A stretch of DNA of 20,000 nucleotides, from the IMG/VR virus record IMGVR_UViG_3300044630_004883; one strand, written 5' to 3'. The stretch is from an uncultured virus (IMG/VR IMGVR_UViG_3300044630_004883). Its lineage: Duplodnaviria > Heunggongvirae > Uroviricota > Caudoviricetes. The translations under genes and the position numbers were made by a program. The notes below the pieces were generated by a model. That model was not told the origin of the DNA and did not search any database. It was given only the letters and a program-made list of their open reading frames with translations. Positions 14,188-20,000 of the stretch are shown piece by piece (position 1 is the first letter of the stretch; each line of letters starts with the position of its first letter).

Positions 14188-16137
14188 TTATGCTATTTGA
14201 GTTACAGTCACAATTACCGATGGTGTTGCGGGTCTAGTTGGTGATACTTGCGTTCCTTTATATTGCAATTGTCCGTTTGCGGTTGTTTTTGACCAATACA
14301 ATTCTACATAACTTCCGGATGTAATTGGAGTTAAGAAGTTTAATGCTGCCACTTGGAATCCACCACCACTTACCTTTTCAATAGAGAAATCCGTATTTGA
14401 ATTAGCTATATTAGAACCTGTCATAGCAAACCAAACAGAAAAATCACACGACTCGTTTGAGGTGGTATGTAATTGTGCTGAAAATTGAATGTTATATAAT
14501 CCGTTATTTTCTACATAAATTCTAGTTGGAAATCCACTACCATTATTACCAACATATATACCTTCAAATTCAGGAACCGGCACTTCCAACTTCATAGCGT
14601 ATGCCGTATTAGCAGAACCAGTTTGAGTTTCTAATGAAGCCCATTGTCCGTAGTTGAATTGTTTGTTACCATCCTTATAGATAGAACCACTTACATATAC
14701 TGAACCACTTATATATTGTGAACCATTAAATTGATTTGAACCAGTTGTTGGTAAATTACGAGCTCCATTTATACTACCTGTTAAATTAAAATTACCACTT
14801 TCTCCAAAAGTCCATTCTCTTAAAGGAGGTCCGGCTTTGATTTTCAATGTCTCATTTCCTACACCAAGTATAATTTGTGAGTTTGGTGCTACATTTTCAG
14901 CCGAAGTTCCAATTCTAACCGAATAATTTTCATCATCCGCATATATTTCACCAAACCCATTATTTAATTTTAAGATACCATCATCACCTAATACTATACT
15001 ATGTTCACCCACTTTAAGTTCTACAGAAGCATCTGAACCAAGTTGGTAATCTGGACTTTCTATAGTCAAAGGATATGCTGGATTAAGGGATACAGATGAA
15101 CCAAATGCAATAGTTCTAAAAGACTCTCCAGATGGGACATAATTACCAGTTACCGTCCTTATTGTACCATCATAAAATCTAATTATCCATCCATTTTGTA
15201 CTCCACTACTTTCTGCATTATCAGCTACAATTAATCCACTACCATTCAAACCAGTACCACCATAATAGTCTTGTGCAATTGTTATTTGTGTACCAACTGT
15301 CTCAACACTACTACCTGAAATTATATTGCCTTCAAATGTTAAAGTAGAGTCCAACAATATGGATGTACCGGAAGTTCCACTTGTACCACTTTCACCGGAT
15401 GTGCCACTTTCACCAGAAGTTCCAGATGTACCATCTACTCCACTCGTACCACTTTCGCCAGATGTGCCACCATTTCCAGATAAACTTGTATAAGTTACTC
15501 CATTTAATATAATAGAACCAGTCATTAGTAAAGAACCAGTTAAATTAATATCACCATTAGTAATGTTTAATGAACCAGAAGTTAATCCGCTACCCAATGA
15601 ATTATATCCAATATTAATATCACTAGGAAAATAACTTTTACCATCATAATCAAATACCCAATTAGATTGGAATGAACCTGATTTTTGAACTAATATTGCT
15701 GCAGTAGGTCCATCTGAAACAGGATATGAATTTAATTGATTTGCAAAAAAGGATGCATCATCAGATACATTCGTAGGATTAGTAATAGCTCCAATTAATA
15801 AAGTTCCATCAGATGTTAGAAATAGTGGAGCTCCATCAGAACCGGTTACTCTTAAACCAAAAGAAGGACCTCCAATAAAATTTACGTCTCCTATTGTAAG
15901 TGAAATATCACCACTACCACTTATTGTTTGAGTTCCAGTAAAAACGTTAGAACCAGTTGTTGCCAACGAATTACTATCTGCAAATACCGAAGTACCAGAA
16001 GTTCCATTTACACCCGATGTTCCAGATGTACCAGCTACACCAACTACATCAGGTAAGTGAGATAACGATACTTTACCATCACCATCTAACGGAGCGTATC
16101 CATTTACTTTTCCTCTATTTATTTTACTTTCAAACAT
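14188..16137 (-). CDS. Putative tail fibre/whisker protein (649 aa) with Gly-X-Y (GTS/GES) repeats and a probable C-terminal beta-sandwich (C1q/TNF-like) head
   Basis: N-terminal GKVNGYAPLDGDGKV fibre motif, two G-X-Y tracts and two TTGSNxFxGxQxISGS motifs. The C-terminus GLYNIQFSAQL...VWF...NSNT...YVELYW...PATPSVIVTVTQ is typical of phage fibre tips. Confidence 0.75.
   Translation of the reverse strand: MFESKINRGKVNGYAPLDGDGKVSLSHLPDVVGVAGTSGTSGVNGTSGTSVFADSNSLATTGSNVFTGTQTISGSGDISLTIGDVNFIGGPSFGLRVTGSDGAPLFLTSDGTLLIGAITNPTNVSDDASFFANQLNSYPVSDGPTAAILVQKSGSFQSNWVFDYDGKSYFPSDINIGYNSLGSGLTSGSLNITNGDINLTGSLLMTGSIILNGVTYTSLSGNGGTSGESGTSGVDGTSGTSGESGTSGESGTSGTSGTSILLDSTLTFEGNIISGSSVETVGTQITIAQDYYGGTGLNGSGLIVADNAESSGVQNGWIIRFYDGTIRTVTGNYVPSGESFRTIAFGSSVSLNPAYPLTIESPDYQLGSDASVELKVGEHSIVLGDDGILKLNNGFGEIYADDENYSVRIGTSAENVAPNSQIILGVGNETLKIKAGPPLREWTFGESGNFNLTGSINGARNLPTTGSNQFNGSQYISGSVYVSGSIYKDGNKQFNYGQWASLETQTGSANTAYAMKLEVPVPEFEGIYVGNNGSGFPTRIYVENNGLYNIQFSAQLHTTSNESCDFSVWFAMTGSNIANSNTDFSIEKVSGGGFQVAALNFLTPITSGSYVELYWSKTTANGQLQYKGTQVSPTRPATPSVIVTVTQIA
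15361..15471 (-). repeat. Collagen-like Gly-X-Y triplet tract (GTSGESGTSGVDGTSGTSGESGTSGESGTSGTSGTS)
   Basis: Seen in translation as a 9-bp period with varied synonymous codons. A shorter tract (GVAGTSGTSGVNGTSGTS) lies at about 15988-16041. Confidence 0.9.
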
Positions 16138-16783
16138 TTTCTATTGTTTTTTGGAAATATCTTTCTATTCTTTTACTCAAACGAACTCTTACATCTGTTT
16201 CGGTTCTGCCTACCACATCGTATGGTAATAAAAAACCAAAACTTAGGAAAACTCTTCTTGATTTGAATTCGTTTGTCCAATGTTTGTATAACGATGCTTC
16301 AAATCCGTATAAATCACCTTCATTTATAGTTATAACATCTTTATCTAAAAACAATTCGTAATCCTCTGATAAAACACTTATGTTACATTTATAATTAACA
16401 TATCCTTCAACTGCCGCATCATAGTGAGGATTTATCTTCCCACCACTATTCATATCTACCGCTTGTAAGAAGATATGATTTTTAGGAAAATGGAATTCTT
16501 TTGCAATCCTATCAATGATACTATGAATAAAATCAGGTAGTTTCTCTTTTGAAACATCTGATACGGATTGGAACTTTGTAATATAATTTGTAAAAGGTGT
16601 ATCCGAAATATCGAACATATAGGATTTACCTTTTAGTTCTTTTGATAATTCCGAAAGATGATGATTAGCACCATTACCACTATGGTCAATCGAGTCTATC
16701 CAATTTATTATTTGTTTAGACTCGGTAGGTGTAATAAATCCCCTTTTTATTTTATAATTACTAAAATCCAAAACTTTTTCCAA
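16130..16783 (-). CDS. 2OG-Fe(II)-dependent oxygenase superfamily protein
   Basis: HxD motif (INPHYDA), distal His (YKHWT) and RxxxS (RVFLSF) are in double-stranded beta-helix spacing, with GDLYGF and an N-terminal GFITPTE. The start is TTG and its exact position is uncertain. Confidence 0.8.
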   Translation of the reverse strand: MEKVLDFSNYKIKRGFITPTESKQIINWIDSIDHSGNGANHHLSELSKELKGKSYMFDISDTPFTNYITKFQSVSDVSKEKLPDFIHSIIDRIAKEFHFPKNHIFLQAVDMNSGGKINPHYDAAVEGYVNYKCNISVLSEDYELFLDKDVITINEGDLYGFEASLYKHWTNEFKSRRVFLSFGFLLPYDVVGRTETDVRVRLSKRIERYFQKTIENV

Positions 16784-17021
16784 TTTTTTTCAAACCATAC
16801 TTTGCTAAAAACTCTTTTGGGTTCATTGCCTCTATTATAGTTAATTCAGCAGAACTCATCATCTGATTAGCTTTTTCTTCGGTAACTGCCATTACACACA
16901 ATTTGTGAGTTGCAGGTAATTCTCCGCTTGGTGATAAATCTATTTTTAAGATATTATCATTTTTCATTTTTTCTCTTGCTTGCTGAACTTTTGATTCTTC
17001 GCATAATATACATATTCTCAT
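16761..17021 (-). CDS. Hypothetical protein (86 aa)
   Basis: Fills the gap between the 886-aa gene and the oxygenase on the coding strand. ATG start and an LSPSGELPATH motif. Confidence 0.7.
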   Translation of the reverse strand: MRICILCEESKVQQAREKMKNDNILKIDLSPSGELPATHKLCVMAVTEEKANQMMSSAELTIIEAMNPKEFLAKYGLKKIGKSFGF

Positions 17022-17036
17022 ATTTCTTTCGTTTTA

Positions 17037-19697
17037 TTAGTCTATTGCTTCGGTGATGGCTTGAGTTATATAGAATTGATTACTATCATCTAACGCAGTT
17101 AATACAATCGTTCCATCAAATCTTCTTTGAATAGTTTTGTTATAATTTCCATAAACCATTGGGGCTGGGTGTAATTCAGTAACTGTTAATACTAAATCAG
17201 TAGTTCCACCAAATGAACCAGATGCTATTGTTATAGTATCATCCACTTCGTATAGATTTCCACTATTTGTAATTGCAATATTACTAACAATACTTGATGC
17301 AACAGTTACTTCAAATACCGAACCCGAACCAAACCCTGCAGTTGAACCAGTTAAATCTGAATAAACTCCATCAGTTCCATCGGTTATCGAAGATGATATG
17401 GTATTGATTACCCCTAAATATGTGGTAAAATCATAATCATCCAATTCCGTTTCTATTCTATTATATTGGAAGTCATTACCTATTCTATTGTATGTAAATC
17501 TATCTCCAATATTGTTATCGTAGAAGTATTCTCCGATTATATTGTCAGTAAAACTATTTCCAATTACATTACCTCTATACGAACTGCCACCAAATCCAAA
17601 ACCATCACCAATCATATTATCAGTAAAATCATTTCCAATTTTATTACTTTTGAAATCATTAGCAATGGTGTTATCAATAAAATTATTTAATATAAAATTC
17701 TCCACGAACCCATTACCAATATTATTTTCAATAGTATAATCACCAAATATGTTACTGATACAGCCTTCTCCTATATCGTTTCCGGTAAAAATATTACCAA
17801 TAGTATTACTATTAAACCCATCTCCAATTTCATTTCCTACAAATGCATAACCAATTTTATTTGAGATAAAACTACCTGAAATTAAATTTCCTTTCATCTC
17901 ATTACCTATTTGATTGTACTCAAACGATTCTAGTTCACCATTATTTACTATTGTATTCGATTCAAAATCACTTTCAATATTATTGTGTAAAAATTCATTA
18001 TTAATAGTATTATCGTAAAAACCACTACCGATTACATTATCCTCAAAAGATTGGCTAACAATATTATCATAAAAATCATTACCGATTTTGTTTCGGGAAA
18101 AATTCGTATCACCATAATCATCAGACTCTCCTATATCGTTATTTCGAAAACTAGAACCTATTTGATTATCTTCGGTCCAACTGTAAAAGTTATTATTATA
18201 AACTTCATGTCCTATTATTGTATTACCTAAGAATGATGAAAAGAAGTTATTATTATAAACCTCATCCGCTATTGTATTTTCTCTAAATTCATTGTAGGTC
18301 TTATTTCCGTAAAAACTTTCACCTATTCTATTATCACCAAATTCACCACCTAACACATTATTATAAAACCCATTAAGAGTATTTTTACTAAATTCATCAA
18401 GTATGATGTTGTGGTCAAAACCTCCGTTGATTATGTTATAATAAAAATCATCATCTGATGTGTAGAAGTTATTATAGAACTCACCATTAATGATATTGTA
18501 ATCAAAATCATCCTCATCCTCATCTCCAAAATGATTATTGTGGAACTCACCACTAACTGTGTTGTATCTAAAATCACAAACAATTATATTATTGTAAAAA
18601 CTATCTTTGATTATGTTATTATCAAAATCGTTATTAATAATATTATTATAAAATCTATCCATAACTATATTAGAGTTAGAACTAGCATCATTAAATGTGT
18701 TATTTCTAAAAACTTGTGAGAATGAATTATCTCTATAAGTGTTTTCACCTTTGAATACATTGTTTGGTAATAGGAAAGTATTTTCATCCCATACCGTAAA
18801 TGCAGCCGTATTTGTAGATGTGTTATTAAAACAGTCTCCTATATACTCAAAGGTTGGTATTTCTATTGAAGCTGAATTAGATAGGATGTTATTTTGTTTC
18901 CAAGACACTCCTTCTAATAGATTTGCATCTAACAAACGAGTATCACTAGGAGAGTTATATCTACTTCCAGTAACAACCATACGATAATCATCTTCAATTG
19001 ATACGATTTCATAGTAAAATACAAGAGGGTCATTATTGATATTCAAAACACCAACAACACTTCCAGTTGTGAAATTTTCAAAAAATGTTCCACTACCGGT
19101 GATAAAAGCAAAACTACCAGATTCTTCAACAGAAATAGTTCCATCATAAACATCTTCAGAATAATATGCATCATATCTTTTGAAAAGAACTTCTCTGAAA
19201 TCGTAATCCATTTCGTTTCCTTGATTATCTTTTCTATATATAATTCTACCAAATGCAGGACTATCAGTTACTTCGGTTTGATTAAATGTAATATCGTATT
19301 TAATATTATCATTTGGATATTCGGGTTGATATGCATCTGATGCCAAAGAACCGGAGTCTAATGCGAATACAATTATAGGTGAAATACTACCTGTTCTATA
19401 ATTACCAACTTGAATTGAGTTACCATAAACATCATAATCCGGTTGGTCATAACAAGTCCTAAAATCGGTAATCTTATAGTAAGTACCAGGTGTTAATGAA
19501 TCAGTCGCTAATGAAGCGGTTAATCCATTATAAGTGGTTTCTACTAATCCACCACCAGCTCCACCACCGGTTAGATTACCTTCACTATCTTTTGCTTTGA
19601 TAGAGCCATTTGTTGTATCTATAAACAAATTATACCCACCTTCTAATGGAGTATCTAAATCTGCGGCTACTTGCCCTTGTAATTGAATGTATTGCAT
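17037..19697 (-). CDS. Tailspike/receptor-binding-like protein (886 aa) with a long acidic Asn-rich beta-solenoid
   Basis: The N-terminal TYNGL...LTPGTYYKITDFRT motif is one I recall from phage tail proteins. The centre has many ~10-11-aa repeats (F-x-x-N-x-I-G-x-x). The C-terminal GSGSVFEVTV...ITNSGNLYEVDDTITI module is common in T4-like virion proteins. Confidence 0.75.
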   Translation of the reverse strand: MQYIQLQGQVAADLDTPLEGGYNLFIDTTNGSIKAKDSEGNLTGGGAGGGLVETTYNGLTASLATDSLTPGTYYKITDFRTCYDQPDYDVYGNSIQVGNYRTGSISPIIVFALDSGSLASDAYQPEYPNDNIKYDITFNQTEVTDSPAFGRIIYRKDNQGNEMDYDFREVLFKRYDAYYSEDVYDGTISVEESGSFAFITGSGTFFENFTTGSVVGVLNINNDPLVFYYEIVSIEDDYRMVVTGSRYNSPSDTRLLDANLLEGVSWKQNNILSNSASIEIPTFEYIGDCFNNTSTNTAAFTVWDENTFLLPNNVFKGENTYRDNSFSQVFRNNTFNDASSNSNIVMDRFYNNIINNDFDNNIIKDSFYNNIIVCDFRYNTVSGEFHNNHFGDEDEDDFDYNIINGEFYNNFYTSDDDFYYNIINGGFDHNIILDEFSKNTLNGFYNNVLGGEFGDNRIGESFYGNKTYNEFRENTIADEVYNNNFFSSFLGNTIIGHEVYNNNFYSWTEDNQIGSSFRNNDIGESDDYGDTNFSRNKIGNDFYDNIVSQSFEDNVIGSGFYDNTINNEFLHNNIESDFESNTIVNNGELESFEYNQIGNEMKGNLISGSFISNKIGYAFVGNEIGDGFNSNTIGNIFTGNDIGEGCISNIFGDYTIENNIGNGFVENFILNNFIDNTIANDFKSNKIGNDFTDNMIGDGFGFGGSSYRGNVIGNSFTDNIIGEYFYDNNIGDRFTYNRIGNDFQYNRIETELDDYDFTTYLGVINTISSSITDGTDGVYSDLTGSTAGFGSGSVFEVTVASSIVSNIAITNSGNLYEVDDTITIASGSFGGTTDLVLTVTELHPAPMVYGNYNKTIQRRFDGTIVLTALDDSNQFYITQAITEAID
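17450..18770 (-). repeat. Degenerate ~10-11-aa N-x-I-G/F-x-x-N beta-solenoid repeats
   Basis: Examples: FYDNIVSQSFEDNVIGSGFYDNTINNEFLHNNI and FKSNKIGNDFTDNMIGDG. The regular Asn/Ile/Phe periodicity is typical of a parallel beta-helix with an Asn ladder. Confidence 0.8.
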
Positions 19698-19701
19698 ATT
19701 T

Positions 19702-20000
19702 TTATATTATTGTTCCTGTTCCGTCTATTGATGAATTACCTATTAATATAACTTCTCCACCCACACTTATCTTACCATTATTTTCAATAACACTATCTTT
19801 AAGTAATAGATTTCCACCTATAAATAGTGTTCCTTCTTTTTTGAATGATTTGTTTGCGGAGTATTCTACTTCTTCATCACCACCTTCAATTAATAAAAAT
19901 CCGTTTTCTAAAATATAATCTCCCGAAAAAGTTAATTGTTCTGTTTTTCTTATTAAATATGAATCGTATGTGTTATTCCAATTTGTATTTGCTGATAAAT
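19702..20000 (-). CDS. C-terminal ~98 aa of an upstream hypothetical, likely structural, protein (truncated by the window edge; absent from the ORF track)
   Basis: Hand translation: ...LSANTNWNNTYDSYLIRKTEQLTFSGDYILENGFLLIEGG...GTLFIGGNLLLKDSVIENNGKISVGGEVILIGNSSIDGTGTII*. The TAA is at 19702-19704, 4 nt before the next ATG. Confidence 0.8.
   Translation of the reverse strand, partial: LSANTNWNNTYDSYLIRKTEQLTFSGDYILENGFLLIEGGDEEVEYSANKSFKKEGTLFIGGNLLLKDSVIENNGKISVGGEVILIGNSSIDGTGTII

Noticed and set aside
16761..17021. Zinc finger in the 86-aa protein (CILC...H-x-x-C)
   Set aside because: The CxxC lies in a hydrophobic strand-like N-terminus and no known zinc-finger spacing is evident. The support is too weak without an alignment.
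2351..19697. Alternative genetic code (stop-codon reassignment, seen in some large phages)
   Set aside because: Genes up to 8.3 kb are intact under the standard bacterial code. TGA (11420, 16130) and TAG (16761) act as plausible stops at gene overlaps.
559..19918. All short plus-strand ORFs in the track and the nested minus-strand 69-aa ORF at 19043-19252
   Set aside because: They lie within or across long, motif-bearing minus-strand genes and have no recognisable motifs, so they are best explained as shadow ORFs.

Overview
This AT-rich window (roughly 30% GC by eye) appears to come from the virion-structure module of a large tailed phage, probably a T4-like myovirus. All real genes lie on the minus strand and are tightly packed, often overlapping. 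In transcription order they are: a partial structural gene, an 886-aa beta-helix tailspike-like protein, an 86-aa hypothetical, a 2OG-Fe(II) oxygenase, a 649-aa fibre with Gly-Thr-Ser repeats, gp13-, gp14- and gp15-like neck/tail-completion genes, two small paralogous beta proteins, a 2772-aa giant protein, a 286-aa partner and a truncated repeat-rich fibre. The main finding is in the giant protein, which carries 13 copies of a ~108-117-aa helical repeat with an invariant C-x-R-D-x(14)-G-G-type core. This core matches in register the bilin-attachment helix of phycobiliproteins (alpha-phycocyanin KCARDIGYYLR...LVAGG, recalled from memory). The apparent final helix of the unit is split off into separate blocks, and the next gene carries one intact but Cys-less copy. 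A hairpin that could hide the ribosome-binding site, with a putative late-promoter motif in its loop, precedes the gp13-like gene. All family assignments are by eye; no searches were run.
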